Position numbers and translations under genes: made by a program. A stretch of DNA of 63,758 bases, counting the filler. It is 6 parts of 6 records of this genome, joined end to end, with 100 filler letters (N's around TTAATTAATTAA, not from the genome) between each part and the next. Parts side by side here need not be neighbours in the genome. Positions count along the whole stretch, not along the records: positions 11,308 to 26,401 come from SRR20825010_289; positions 26,502 to 49,315 come from SRR20825010_291; 4 more parts are not named here. One strand, given 5' to 3'. Below, one piece after another: positions 19,804 to 30,978 of this stretch. The stretch's first letter is position 1. Each line of letters opens with the position of its first letter. Below the pieces are notes generated by a model. It ran no database searches. It had not been told where the DNA came from and saw only the letters and a list, made by a program, of their open reading frames with translations.

Positions 19804-20598
19804 TTATGGGGCGGTCTTGCAGGCCTGCCGGGCCTTGGCCACGTTTTCCCGCAAGTGAACGGGATTGATGGTGCCGGCAATGATACTGCTGACGCCAGCG
19901 GTGCCAAGGATCTGGTTCAGACTTTCCTGCACCGGGTCCGCAAGGGTGTCATTGAGGTGGCCGCTGGCAAAGGCTTTCTTGATCAGGATGCCTTTGTGGT
20001 GAGCGGCGGCGTGTTCGATCACCGGTACTTCATCGTGGTGCTGAAGGTTGTAGGTGACCATGGCCATGTCGGCGTGGTTCAGGCAGGCAATACCGCCCGC
20101 CACGGTCTTGGTGGACATGCCAGTGGTGCGCACCAGTCCTTCTTTCTTCAGGTCGTTCAGGGCATCCAGGGTGCCCTGTTTGATGATCCCCGTGTCATCG
20201 CCATCGGAGTGAATCAGTACGCAATCCAGGTAATCAGTATTAAGCCGTTTCAGGCTGCGCTCCACGGAGCGGCGGACGTGCTCCGGTGAGAAGTCGAAAA
20301 GGCTTTCACCGCTGTCGTTATCAAACTCTTCGCCCACCTTGGTGACGATCACCCAATCCTGGCGCCGGCTTATCAGCTGGCCGAGACGAGCTTCACTGTG
20401 GCCGTAGGCCGGCGCGGTGTCGATCAGGTTGATACCAAGATCCTGCGCCTGGGTCAGCAGCTCGATTACCGCGTGGTCATCCGGGATGGTGAAACCATTG
20501 GGGTATTTTACACCCTTGTCGCGGCCGATTTTTACCGTGCCCAGGCCGAGTGCGCTGACGGTTAACCCTGTGTTGCCCAAGGGGCGCATGAAAGACAT
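19804..20598 (-). CDS. Aldo/keto reductase
   Basis: RPLGNTGLTVSALGLGT, IDTAPAYG, TKVG, SLKRLNTDYLD. Confidence 0.92.
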   Translation of the reverse strand: MSFMRPLGNTGLTVSALGLGTVKIGRDKGVKYPNGFTIPDDHAVIELLTQAQDLGINLIDTAPAYGHSEARLGQLISRRQDWVIVTKVGEEFDNDSGESLFDFSPEHVRRSVERSLKRLNTDYLDCVLIHSDGDDTGIIKQGTLDALNDLKKEGLVRTTGMSTKTVAGGIACLNHADMAMVTYNLQHHDEVPVIEHAAAHHKGILIKKAFASGHLNDTLADPVQESLNQILGTAGVSSIIAGTINPVHLRENVAKARQACKTAP

Positions 20599-20620
20599 GA
20601 AAACTCCTGAATTATTCTCG

Positions 20621-20753
20621 CTGTAGGAGCGCCACTAGAGGCGCGAACACCCAGAAGCGAGTTACGTGTTACGAGTTTTGAAAGGCTGAATATTTTGGAT
20701 TTTCGCGACTCCGTAACTCGTTTCTCGATACGGTTTTTGGGGCGCTCCTGCAG
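20621..20753. repeat. GTAG-type REP doublet (REPIN-like) with internal inverted heptamer repeats
   Basis: Ends CTGTAGGAGCGCC / GGCGCTCCTGCAG (12/13 complementary); inside CGAGTTA-CGTGTTA-CGAGTTT (20658-20678) and TAACTCG-TTTCTCG (20714-20727). Confidence 0.7.
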
Positions 20754-20762
20754 TGGGGGATT

Positions 20763-21971
20763 TCAAAAACAGCGATGCCAGTACGGCACACCCATGGGTG
20801 CCTGCTCAAGCTCTGTCGGTATCGTTAGCGGTTCGCCGGGTTGAAGGCCGCTTTCTTCCACCAGCGCCATGACCCTGTCGCCCAGATCCGGCGCCAGGGT
20901 AAGTTTGGTGGGCCAGGCGATGATCAGGTTCTGGTCTCGGCGAGCGTAGGCATTATCCGGTTTTACCAGCGCCTGTTGTCTGGGTTCGGCGCGGGTCACA
21001 TCCAGGGTGGCGAATTCGGCGTTGCTGAAATCCAGCCAGGGGAACAGCTGCCGGAGCTCGTCACGGCCGGCGGCCAGTTGTTCCTGATCGGTGCGCTCCA
21101 CTCCCCGTTCTGCCAGGTCACCGCCCAGGTACCACACCACCTTGCCGCCCGGGCAATCGTGGGTGGTGACGGTGAGCACGGGTTTGTTGCTGGTACCGAC
21201 ACAATGGGCATACAGGCGATGGCCCAGATCGTGTTTTACCAGCACCATTTTGAGAGGTCGCAACTGACTCTGTTCCTGTTCCAGCAGGTGGGCCTGATGG
21301 GCGCCTTCCAGCAACGCCGGGTTGCCGTTGCCGGCGGCCAGCAGGGTCAGCCGCGGTTCAATACGTTGGCCGTTAACCGTGGCGGCGCGCAGGCCGCTCC
21401 CATCCCATTCCAGCGTATCGCGCTCGCTGTTGAATGCCAGTAGCCGGTTGCGGACCGGAGCACTGAGTGTCTCGATCAGGGATTCAGTGTTGATGACCAG
21501 ATCGTCCAGTTTATAGACGTTGCCCTTGAAGGCCTTGTTGGCCAGCGCGCTGGGGAAATGATCGCGCTTGAGCTTTTCAATGCGGCCGCGCAGCATCTTG
21601 CTGGCGAAAAAATTGGTCATCCGTGAGGCCACGGAGCCGCTGGACCACATGTGCTGGGTGTCACTCAGGACGTTCAGGTTGCGCAGGTCCACCGGATCAT
21701 CGCCGGCCATGGCGGCACGCCAGCGATCAGGCATGTCGGAAATGGCTTCGGACTCGTTGGACAGGTTGCCGCCCAGGGCGTACTTAAGGCCGCCATGGAT
21801 AATGCCCTGGCTGGCCAGGGTCTGGTCGCCGCCGAGAGTGGCGGATTCCAGCAGCAGGCATTGGTAGCCGGCGGCGTTGAGCCGGTTGATCAGCCATAGG
21901 CCGGCGATGCCGCCACCAAAGATTACAATATCCGGGCGGAGTGTGTCGGGTTTCAGGGTTGAGTCACTCAT
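20763..21971 (-). CDS. FAD-dependent oxidoreductase (waaA-associated family)
   Basis: IFGGGIAGLW, QTLASQGIIHGGLKY, WPTKLTLAP. Confidence 0.85.
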   Translation of the reverse strand: MSDSTLKPDTLRPDIVIFGGGIAGLWLINRLNAAGYQCLLLESATLGGDQTLASQGIIHGGLKYALGGNLSNESEAISDMPDRWRAAMAGDDPVDLRNLNVLSDTQHMWSSGSVASRMTNFFASKMLRGRIEKLKRDHFPSALANKAFKGNVYKLDDLVINTESLIETLSAPVRNRLLAFNSERDTLEWDGSGLRAATVNGQRIEPRLTLLAAGNGNPALLEGAHQAHLLEQEQSQLRPLKMVLVKHDLGHRLYAHCVGTSNKPVLTVTTHDCPGGKVVWYLGGDLAERGVERTDQEQLAAGRDELRQLFPWLDFSNAEFATLDVTRAEPRQQALVKPDNAYARRDQNLIIAWPTKLTLAPDLGDRVMALVEESGLQPGEPLTIPTELEQAPMGVPYWHRCF

Positions 21972-22119
21972 GGCTCACCATCGTTGAACAGTGCGGCTAT
22001 GCTAGCATAGGCCAAGCCGCTGGCACGTACACAGGCGCCATAACAGGCAACATGAATTCCGCGGTTTATTGCCTGTTACGCTGCCCACAAGCCGTCCTGA
22101 CACCGAGACAAGAATATCT

Positions 22120-23400
22120 ATGCGAACTGTTTATTCCGCCCTGTGGTATGTGCTGCTTCCTTTTCTTTTTCTGCGCCTGTGGCTGCGCGGCAGAAAGGCG
22201 CCGGCCTATCGTTTGCGCTGGAAAGAGCGCATGGCATGGGGCTACCGCCCCGGCACATTGAAAAACAGCCTTTGGGTGCACGCGGTATCGGTGGGGGAAA
22301 CGCTGGCGGCGGCGCCGTTGATCGAGCGGTTGCTGGCGCAGTACCCGGAGGTGCCTCTGCTGGTTACCACCACCACGCCGACGGGCTCCGAGCGGGTACA
22401 GGCGCTGTTCGGCGACCGGGTGACCCATGTGTACTGTCCCTGGGAATTGCCCACAGCACTGACGCGCTTTATGCGCGCTTTTGATCCGCAACTGGTGATT
22501 GTGTTGGAGACCGAGCTGTGGCCCAACCTGTGCGCGGCGGTGAAGCGCCATGGCGCAAAACTGATGCTGATGAACGGGCGGTTGTCGGAGAAAAGTTATC
22601 GGGGTTACAGCAAACTGCCGCGTCTGATTCGCCCGATGATGGCGCGCTTTGATGCACTTGCCGTGCAGACCCGGGTGGAGGCCGAGCGTTATATGGCGCT
22701 GGGTGCCTGGCCGGAGCGGGTGTATCCCATTGGCAGTGTGAAATTCGATATGACCCTGGATGCGGCGGTGAAACAGGCCGCGTTGGATTTGCGTACCACG
22801 TTTGGCGACCGGCCAGTATGGATTGCGGCCAGCACTCATCCGGGGGAAGACGCGCTGGTGCTGGCGGCGCACCAGACGTTGCGTGAACAGAAGCCGGATG
22901 CGTTGCTGATTCTGGTGCCCCGGCACCCGGAACGGTTTGATGGGGTTGCCGATCAGGTGCGCGAAGCGGGCTTGTCAGTGGCCCGCCGTAGCCAGCAGGA
23001 ACCGGCCGCCCATGCGGCGGTGTACCTGGCCGATACCATGGGCGAATTGCTGATGCTGTTTGGTGCCTGTGATGTGGCTTTTGTGGGCGGTTCATTGGTG
23101 CCCGTGGGCGGCCATAATCTGCTGGAGCCGGCCGCTTGGGAAAAGCCGGTGCTCACCGGTCCGCACCTGCATAATTTCACCGCCATCGCGCAACTGCTGG
23201 ATGATGCTGGCGGACTCAGTGTGGTCGACAGCGGCGAAGCGTTGGGTGACACGCTGCAGGCATTGATGAGTGACCCGGACCAATGTGCCCGGCAGGGCCA
23301 GGCCGCCGCGGCGGTGGTGGAAGCGAATCGCGGTGCGCTGGAAAAAGGGCTGGGGTTGATTGCCATGGAGATGAATGTCGGATTACGCCCTTCGGGCTAA
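22120..23400 (+). CDS. waaA: 3-deoxy-D-manno-octulosonic acid (Kdo) transferase
   Basis: WVHAVSVGE, ETELWPN, AASTHPGE, VPRHPERF, DTMGEL, GGHNLLEPA. Confidence 0.97.
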   Translation: MRTVYSALWYVLLPFLFLRLWLRGRKAPAYRLRWKERMAWGYRPGTLKNSLWVHAVSVGETLAAAPLIERLLAQYPEVPLLVTTTTPTGSERVQALFGDRVTHVYCPWELPTALTRFMRAFDPQLVIVLETELWPNLCAAVKRHGAKLMLMNGRLSEKSYRGYSKLPRLIRPMMARFDALAVQTRVEAERYMALGAWPERVYPIGSVKFDMTLDAAVKQAALDLRTTFGDRPVWIAASTHPGEDALVLAAHQTLREQKPDALLILVPRHPERFDGVADQVREAGLSVARRSQQEPAAHAAVYLADTMGELLMLFGACDVAFVGGSLVPVGGHNLLEPAAWEKPVLTGPHLHNFTAIAQLLDDAGGLSVVDSGEALGDTLQALMSDPDQCARQGQAAAAVVEANRGALEKGLGLIAMEMNVGLRPSG

Positions 23401-23414
23401 TGCGACGATCTACG
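23376..23414 (-). repeat. GTAG-type REP overlapping the waaA 3' end
   Basis: Minus strand CGTAGATCGTCGCATTAGCCCGAAGGGCGTAATCCGACA, palindromic; contains the waaA stop codon. Confidence 0.7.
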
Positions 23415-23435
23415 GTGTGCTTGTCGCAGGTTGGG

Positions 23436-23479
23436 CATTAAAAAACCGCTAGCCGTTGCCGGGTAGCGGTTTTTTAATG
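23436..23479. terminator. Bidirectional intrinsic terminator (waaA/tolC)
   Basis: CATTAAAAAACCGCTA ... TAGCGGTTTTTTAATG between convergent genes. Confidence 0.9.
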
Positions 23480-23519
23480 GTCCGGGGCGATGCCCGCGTG
23501 CTTGCCAGGCTGACCTGCC

Positions 23520-24950
23520 TCAGTTGATCGGCGAGTTGTCTTGCATCATTTCTTCACTTTGGCCTTCCAGATCCGGGTTGTAGAGATCCAGAGTCTGATC
23601 CGGTGCCAGCCAGTTATTCACCGCCGCCAGATCACCTTGTTGCAGGTCGCCGGTGGTGGATTTCAGGGTCAGCGAGTTGATGATGTAGTCGTAGCGGGCG
23701 TTGGCGTAGTCACGCTCGGCGGCAAACAAGGCGCGCTGTGCGTTGAGTACGTCGACCACGTTACGGGTGCCCACTTCATAGCCGGACTGGGTGGCGTCCA
23801 ATGCCGAGCGGGTGGAGCGAATGGCTTGTTGGCGTGCCTTGATGCGCAGGGCATCGGCTTCCACGGTGCGGTAGGCGCTGCGCGCCTGTTGCACGATATC
23901 GCGTACCGCCTGGTCGTACTGGAAATCCGCCGCATCGGCACGCAGGTAGGCTTCCTTGCGACGGCTGTTCAGGCCGCCACCCTGGAACAGGGGCATGCTC
24001 ACTTCCACACCGATCTGGCGATTCTGGGTGTCGAACAGGGAGTTGCCTGAGCTAATACCTGAAGCAGCTTGGTCTTCATCTGGAGACAAGTGAGAATGCT
24101 GGTACTGTGCGACCAATTGTACTTGGGGCAGCTGAGCACCGAGCTGGCGTTTGGCGGTGTTTTCGGTGAGCTCGGTGTTGTAAAGCGCGGCTTGCACCTG
24201 CGGGTTCTGCACCTTGGCTTTTTCGATCCAGTCGTTCATGTCCGTGGGCTGGGGACCTTCCATGGGCAATTCATCGCGCAGTTCCAGCAGAGTTTGCCAC
24301 TGCTGGCCGGTGAGGGTTTCCAGCTGGTCGCGGGCAATGTCGTATTGCTGGCGAGCCACAATCAGGTTTACCTGGGTCAGGTCGTAGGTGGCTTGGGCTT
24401 CTTCCACGTCGGTGGCCGGCACCAGGCCCACATCAAAGCGCTCCTGGGTCTGTTCCAGTTGGCGGCCGATGGCTTTTTCTTCCGCTTTGGCAGATACCCA
24501 GGTGTCCCAGGCACGCAACACGCCGAAATAACCCTGAGCCACACGCAGCACAAAATCCTGGCGGGCCTGCTCGAAATTGGCCTGCGCGATATCGGTGCTC
24601 GATTGTGCTTCTTTATAGCCATACCAGGCATCAACACGGAACAGCGGCTGAGTCAGGGTAAAGGTGCTGACCTCGCTGCCGTAATTTTGCTCGTCAGTTA
24701 CGAGAGAAGGAGCGTCTTCGATTTCCCGGTCGATGTCATAGCGTCCGTAGCTGGCGGACACGTTCGGGAACAGGGCAGCGCGGCCTTGTACCATCAGCTC
24801 CTGGTCTGCATTCCAGTTCATCCGCGCGGCGCGCCAGGTGCCGTCGTAGCTCCAGGCTGCGTTGGCGACGTCAGTAAGATCAGCGGCCTGAACGGCACTG
24901 GCCAGTGAGGTAAGGAGAAGAACTAAGGGCGTTGCCGGGCTGCGCTTCAT
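23520..24950 (-). CDS. tolC: TolC family outer membrane efflux protein
   Basis: Signal peptide, two OEP repeats, RFDVGL, GYEVGTRNVVDVLNAQ; waaA-tolC-thiC context. Confidence 0.93.
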   Translation of the reverse strand: MKRSPATPLVLLLTSLASAVQAADLTDVANAAWSYDGTWRAARMNWNADQELMVQGRAALFPNVSASYGRYDIDREIEDAPSLVTDEQNYGSEVSTFTLTQPLFRVDAWYGYKEAQSSTDIAQANFEQARQDFVLRVAQGYFGVLRAWDTWVSAKAEEKAIGRQLEQTQERFDVGLVPATDVEEAQATYDLTQVNLIVARQQYDIARDQLETLTGQQWQTLLELRDELPMEGPQPTDMNDWIEKAKVQNPQVQAALYNTELTENTAKRQLGAQLPQVQLVAQYQHSHLSPDEDQAASGISSGNSLFDTQNRQIGVEVSMPLFQGGGLNSRRKEAYLRADAADFQYDQAVRDIVQQARSAYRTVEADALRIKARQQAIRSTRSALDATQSGYEVGTRNVVDVLNAQRALFAAERDYANARYDYIINSLTLKSTTGDLQQGDLAAVNNWLAPDQTLDLYNPDLEGQSEEMMQDNSPIN

Positions 24951-25069
24951 TCTGGTGCACTCTTTTTGTGTGTCTGATTAATCATTATGGTACTGGCAAG
25001 TACAGAAAATTAACACTGCCTGTTTGGGCCAGTTCCGCGGTTGTTTGGCTGTCGGACGCTGGCGTATAG

Positions 25070-26401
<1,332 letters not shown>

Positions 26402-26501
26402 NNNNNNNNNNNNNNNNNNNNNNNNNNNNNNNNNNNNNNNNNNNNTTAATTAATTAANNNNNNNNNNNNNNNNNNNNNNNNNNNNNNNNNNNNNNNNNNN
26501 N
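26402..26501. other. Artificial contig spacer
   Basis: 44 N + TTAATTAATTAA + 44 N. Confidence 0.99.
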
Positions 26502-26580
26502 AATACGTCCCTGTAGGGCTCGGTCGCGCCCTCCCTGGCGCTCCACGTTTTCGGAAGGGCTTTCCCGCCACGGGCCCGGA
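26502..26580. repeat. Partial intergenic palindromic repeat at contig start
   Basis: AATACGTCCCTGTAGGGCTCG shares its core with AATACGTCCATGTACGCTCG (49289-49308) at the other end of the same contig. Confidence 0.6.
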
Positions 26581-26636
26581 GTCTTTGCTGGCTTCCGAGG
26601 TCTGAATGATATTTTAAACAACAGGAGAACGTGCTT

Positions 26637-27419
26637 ATGAACTTCAAAAAGACCCTGGTGGCAGTGGCTGCCATTGCGACATTCTCTTCCGCAGCCCTTG
26701 CGGAAAAGCTTTCCGTGGCGGCAACGCCGGTACCTCACGCCGAGATCCTGGAATTTGTTAAGCCCAAGCTGGCGGAGCAGGGTGTGGAGCTGGATGTGAA
26801 GGTGTTTACCGATTATGTCCAGCCTAACGTGCAGGTGGATCAGAAGCGGATGGACGCGAACTTCTTCCAGCATCAGCCGTACCTCGACGAATTCAACGAT
26901 GGCCGTGGTACCAACCTGGTCAGCGTAGTGGGTGTCCACGTTGAGCCGTTTGGTGCCTACTCAAGCCGGATCGACTCTCTGGAAGCGCTTGAAGACGGGG
27001 CCACAGTGGCGATCCCCAACGATCCCACCAACGGTGGCCGTGCATTGCTTCTGCTGCAAAAAGCCGGTCTGATCACCCTGAAGGACGGCAGCAAGATCAC
27101 CGCTACGCCGCGTGATATCGCTGACAACCCGAAAGATCTGGAATTCAAGGAACTGGAGGCAGCGACCCTGCCGCGTATCCTGAACCAGGTGGATCTGGCG
27201 CTCATTAACACCAACTACGCGTTGGAAGCCGGCCTTAATCCGACGGAAGATGCGCTGGTTATTGAGGGGGCTGAATCGCCGTACGTGAACATTCTGGTGG
27301 CTCATGAAAGCCGCGCCAACGATGAGGCAATCCAGAAGCTGGCGAAGGTGCTGACAACGGATGACGTCAAGGCGTTTATCAAGAAGCAGTACGAGGGAGC
27401 CGTGGTTCCGGCATTCTGA
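26637..27419 (+). CDS. metQ: MetQ/NlpA family methionine ABC transporter substrate-binding protein
   Basis: FTDYVQPN, DANFFQHQPYL, IPNDPTNGGRALLLL, SPYVNILV. Confidence 0.92.
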   Translation: MNFKKTLVAVAAIATFSSAALAEKLSVAATPVPHAEILEFVKPKLAEQGVELDVKVFTDYVQPNVQVDQKRMDANFFQHQPYLDEFNDGRGTNLVSVVGVHVEPFGAYSSRIDSLEALEDGATVAIPNDPTNGGRALLLLQKAGLITLKDGSKITATPRDIADNPKDLEFKELEAATLPRILNQVDLALINTNYALEAGLNPTEDALVIEGAESPYVNILVAHESRANDEAIQKLAKVLTTDDVKAFIKKQYEGAVVPAF

Positions 27420-27439
27420 GGCCAGGAACAATAGGCATA

Positions 27440-27467
27440 AAAAAGCCGGGCATCAGCCCGGCTTTTT
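27440..27467. terminator. Bidirectional intrinsic terminator
   Basis: AAAAAGCCGGGC-ATCA-GCCCGGCTTTTT between convergent genes. Confidence 0.9.
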
Positions 27468-27494
27468 CGTTTCAGCGGATTGCGCGTTCAGCGC

Positions 27495-28148
27495 TTAATC
27501 GCCACTCCAGTTCGATCCCGGGTCCGGCGTCATCCGCAGGTAGGACTTCACCGCCCGATAGCCTTTCGGGAAACGTTCTTTTATTTCATCCTCATCCTGC
27601 AGGGACGGCACGATCACCACGTCGCCGCCGGGTTCCCAGTTGCCTGGTGTTGCCACTTTGTGAATGTCGGTCATCTGCAGCGAGTCTACAACCCGCAGCA
27701 CTTCGTTGAAGTTGCGACCGGTGCTGGCCGGGTAGGTGATCATCAAGCGGATTTTCTTATTCGGGTCGATCACGAACAGCGATCGCACGGTCAGCGTCTC
27801 ACTGGCGCTGGGGTGGATCATGTCGTAAAGGTTAGACACCTTGCGATCGTGGTCGGCAATGATCGGAAAGTTAACGGCACAACCCTGGGTTTCGTTGATG
27901 TCCTTGATCCAATCCTTGTGGGAATCGACCGGGTCCACACTCAGAGCGATTGCCTTGACGTCACGCTTGGCGAATTCGTCTTTCAGCTTGGCCGTCAGGC
28001 CGAGCTCGGTGGTGCACACCGGCGTAAAATCGGCAGGGTGCGAGAACAGTATGCCCCAGCTGTTGCCCAGCCATTGGTGAAAGTCGATCCTGCCTTCACT
28101 GGAATCCTGCTCAAAATCCGGTGCGGTATCTCCCAGACGTAAACTCAT
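27495..28148 (-). CDS. 1-Cys peroxiredoxin (Prx6/LsfA-like)
   Basis: FSHPADFTPVCTTELG, YPASTGRNFNE; SD GGAGG before ATG 28148. Confidence 0.95.
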   Translation of the reverse strand: MSLRLGDTAPDFEQDSSEGRIDFHQWLGNSWGILFSHPADFTPVCTTELGLTAKLKDEFAKRDVKAIALSVDPVDSHKDWIKDINETQGCAVNFPIIADHDRKVSNLYDMIHPSASETLTVRSLFVIDPNKKIRLMITYPASTGRNFNEVLRVVDSLQMTDIHKVATPGNWEPGGDVVIVPSLQDEDEIKERFPKGYRAVKSYLRMTPDPGSNWSGD

Positions 28149-28286
28149 CGCGTTTCCTCCTTTGATGATACGAAAGCCCGGCCAGACGAAGCGCCGGCAC
28201 AAAATTCAGTCTATACGATAAACAGTGGAGGCGGATGGGAGAAAACCAAGGGGTCTTGATTTGCCTCATCCGACTCCACCTACGTA

Positions 28287-29645
28287 TCAGCTAACGCCGA
28301 CTGACCGCTCTTTCTCGAAATGCTCACGGGTGAGCTTGAACACCACCGGGCTCAGTAGCAGCAAGGCCACGAGGTTTGGCAGCGCCATCATGGCGTTGAG
28401 CGTGTCGGCGATCAGCCAGATCAGGCCAAGGTTGATGGTGGCACCGACCGGTATCGCCAGTATCCAGATCACGCGGTACGGCACGATGGCTTTGACGCCG
28501 AACAGGAACTCAATGCAGCGTTCGCCGTAAAACGACCAACCGATAATCGTGGTAAAGGCAAAAATCGCCAGGGAGATGGCGACAACGTAATTGCCAAACC
28601 CGGGCAGTCCGGTTTCAAAGGCCAGTGAGGTCAGTGCCGCACCGGTCTCACCTGACGTCCAGGCGCCAGAGCTGATGATGACAAGGCCGGTGATGCTGCA
28701 CACGATGATCGTGTCGATGAACGTGCCCAGCATGGCGACCATGCCCTGGTTGATCGGGTTCTTGGTCTGGGCTGCCGCGTGGGCGATAGGGGCGGAACCG
28801 AGACCTGCCTCATTGGAGAAAATGCCGCGGGCCACACCAAAGCGGACAGCGGCCCAGACGGCGGCGCCGGCAAAGCCACCTTCGGCGGCAACCGGGCTGA
28901 ACGCGTGTGTAAATACCATGGCGATGGCGTTCGGAATCTGCTCGGCGTTAATGGCCAGTACCATCAGGCCAACCAGGATATAGGCGATGGCCATAAAGGG
29001 CACCAACGTGCTCGCCACCTGCCCGATGCGTTTGATGCCACCGATCAGCACAAGGCCTACCAGTACCATCAACACAAGGCCGGTCACCCAGTGCGGCAGG
29101 TTGAAGTTGGTTTCCAGAACATCGGCCACCGAGTTGGCCTGCACGGTGTTGCCAATGCCAAACGCGGCCACAGCGGCGAAGATGGCAAACAGCACGCCCA
29201 GCCAGGCCCATTTTTTACCCAGGCCGTTGCGAATGTAGTACATCGGGCCACCCGTGTAGGCGCCGCGTTCGTCCACTTCCCGGAAGCGTACCGCCAGTAC
29301 CGCCTCGGAATATTTGGTCGCCATACCCACGAGGGCGGTCAGCCACATCCAGAACAGCGCTCCGGGGCCGCCCAGGAATACCGCGGTGGCAACGCCAGCA
29401 ATATTACCGGTGCCAACAGTAGCCGACAGCGCGGTCATCAGGGCCTGGAATGGAGGAATCTCGCCCTCTGATTCGGCCCCGGTACGGCCTTTCCACATCA
29501 GTTGGAAACCGGCTCGCAGTTTCAATACCGGCATCAGCTTCAGGCCAATGCTCAGAAACAGGCCGACACCAAGAATCATCACCAGCATGGGCGGGCCCCA
29601 GACCAGTGCGTTAATGCTGCTAATAAACGACTCAAAGGCTTCCAT
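28287..29645 (-). CDS. Alanine/glycine:cation symporter (AGCS family)
   Basis: ATVGTGNIAGVA, GGPGALFWMW, GGPMYY, FSNEAGLGS. Confidence 0.95.
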   Translation of the reverse strand: MEAFESFISSINALVWGPPMLVMILGVGLFLSIGLKLMPVLKLRAGFQLMWKGRTGAESEGEIPPFQALMTALSATVGTGNIAGVATAVFLGGPGALFWMWLTALVGMATKYSEAVLAVRFREVDERGAYTGGPMYYIRNGLGKKWAWLGVLFAIFAAVAAFGIGNTVQANSVADVLETNFNLPHWVTGLVLMVLVGLVLIGGIKRIGQVASTLVPFMAIAYILVGLMVLAINAEQIPNAIAMVFTHAFSPVAAEGGFAGAAVWAAVRFGVARGIFSNEAGLGSAPIAHAAAQTKNPINQGMVAMLGTFIDTIIVCSITGLVIISSGAWTSGETGAALTSLAFETGLPGFGNYVVAISLAIFAFTTIIGWSFYGERCIEFLFGVKAIVPYRVIWILAIPVGATINLGLIWLIADTLNAMMALPNLVALLLLSPVVFKLTREHFEKERSVGVS

Positions 29646-29888
29646 GGGAATCTCCCTGTGTTTGTGCCTTGGTATTGAGGAGCTTCCGCGACACCGGCGA
29701 TATGGATCTGAGTAGTACAGATCTGAGCTCGGCGGAAGCGTATAACTCATTGAGTTTATATACTTATTTCCATCTGTAAATATTCGCTGCAAAGAATTCG
29801 CTGTTCTGACGCGACGTGGGTCTGCAAAGCTATTGGATTCGTAGCCTCTCGGGTTAAGCTGTGGACTGGTTATCTCAGGAGTCCCTCA

Positions 29889-30860
29889 ATGCCGGAAACC
29901 CTAAGCCACTCTGATTGGAGTTCTGCCGATACGTCGGTCAACGCCATGCCCGAGACCCTTCACGTCCAGGCAGGCGAGCTGTCGTTCTGTGTGGAAACCC
30001 GGGGAGATCCCGCCGGGGAGCCAGTGATCTTCGTGATGGGATTGGGGGCGCAGATGACGCTCTGGCCGGAGGCGTTGCTGGACCAGTATGTTCGTGAAGG
30101 CTTCCGGGTAATCCGGTTTGATAATCGCGACATCGGGCTGTCATCGCACCTGAAGGATCGCCTGGAGGGTCATCCGGTTGCGGTCATGGCAAGGCACCGG
30201 ATGGGCCTGCCGATCGCCGCGCCCTATACCCTGCATGACATGGCGGACGATGTCTGTAAGGTGATGGACGCCCTCAGCCTGACCTGCGCTCACCTGGTGG
30301 GTGTTTCCATGGGCGGCATGATCAGCCAGTTGGTGGCTGCGAATCGCCCCGAACGCGTGCGCTCGGCAACCCTTATCATGACCTCCACCAACAGCCCGCG
30401 CCTGCCGATGCCAAAATCAAAGCTGATCTGGCGCCTGGCAGGTATTGGCGCGAAGGGGCATGATGAAGCCGCAGTTGTCGCACGCTCCCTGGACTTCTGG
30501 AAGGCGATTCAGAGTCCGGGCTACCCACCTCGCGAACAGGAAGTGAGGGACCGGATCGTACGGGAGTTCCGACGCAGCTATCATCCCGCCGGCATTCTCC
30601 GCCAGACCCGTGCCATCCTTGCCACTGGCAGCCTGTCATCAGCCACACGGCGCATACGGGTGCCGGTATCCGTGATTCATGGCAAGGCCGACCCGCTGGT
30701 GCGGCCGGTGGCTGCGGAGCAGTTGGGATACCTGATGCCTCATGCCCGCGTTGAGATGATTGACGGCATGGGGCACGATCTTCCGGAACCTCTGTTGTCG
30801 CGGTTTGCCCAGATCGGCTTTGAAACCATGGTGCAACAGCCGAGGCAGGGCAACGGCTGA
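29889..30860 (+). CDS. Alpha/beta fold hydrolase
   Basis: RFDNRDIGLS, GVSMGG nucleophile elbow, HGKADPLV, GMGHD; start uncertain. Confidence 0.9.
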   Translation: MPETLSHSDWSSADTSVNAMPETLHVQAGELSFCVETRGDPAGEPVIFVMGLGAQMTLWPEALLDQYVREGFRVIRFDNRDIGLSSHLKDRLEGHPVAVMARHRMGLPIAAPYTLHDMADDVCKVMDALSLTCAHLVGVSMGGMISQLVAANRPERVRSATLIMTSTNSPRLPMPKSKLIWRLAGIGAKGHDEAAVVARSLDFWKAIQSPGYPPREQEVRDRIVREFRRSYHPAGILRQTRAILATGSLSSATRRIRVPVSVIHGKADPLVRPVAAEQLGYLMPHARVEMIDGMGHDLPEPLLSRFAQIGFETMVQQPRQGNG

Positions 30861-30978
30861 CGGCCGGTGCCCGCAGAAAGAGATGGCCGGTTGCGGGTTT
30901 ATACTTCCAGTTTTCGTCCCCATTGCCTATGTTTAAAGAGGGACGAATCCAGAATATGACTGGTCAGGGAGTCTGCCA

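Noticed and set aside
28225..28279. Imperfect inverted repeat GTGGAGGCGGATG...CATCCGACTCCAC
   Set aside because: Single copy just past the symporter stop; most simply a terminator or stability stem
29646..29888. Glycine riboswitch upstream of the alanine/glycine symporter
   Set aside because: No GGAGA..CCGAAG..CTCAGG aptamer pattern on the minus strand
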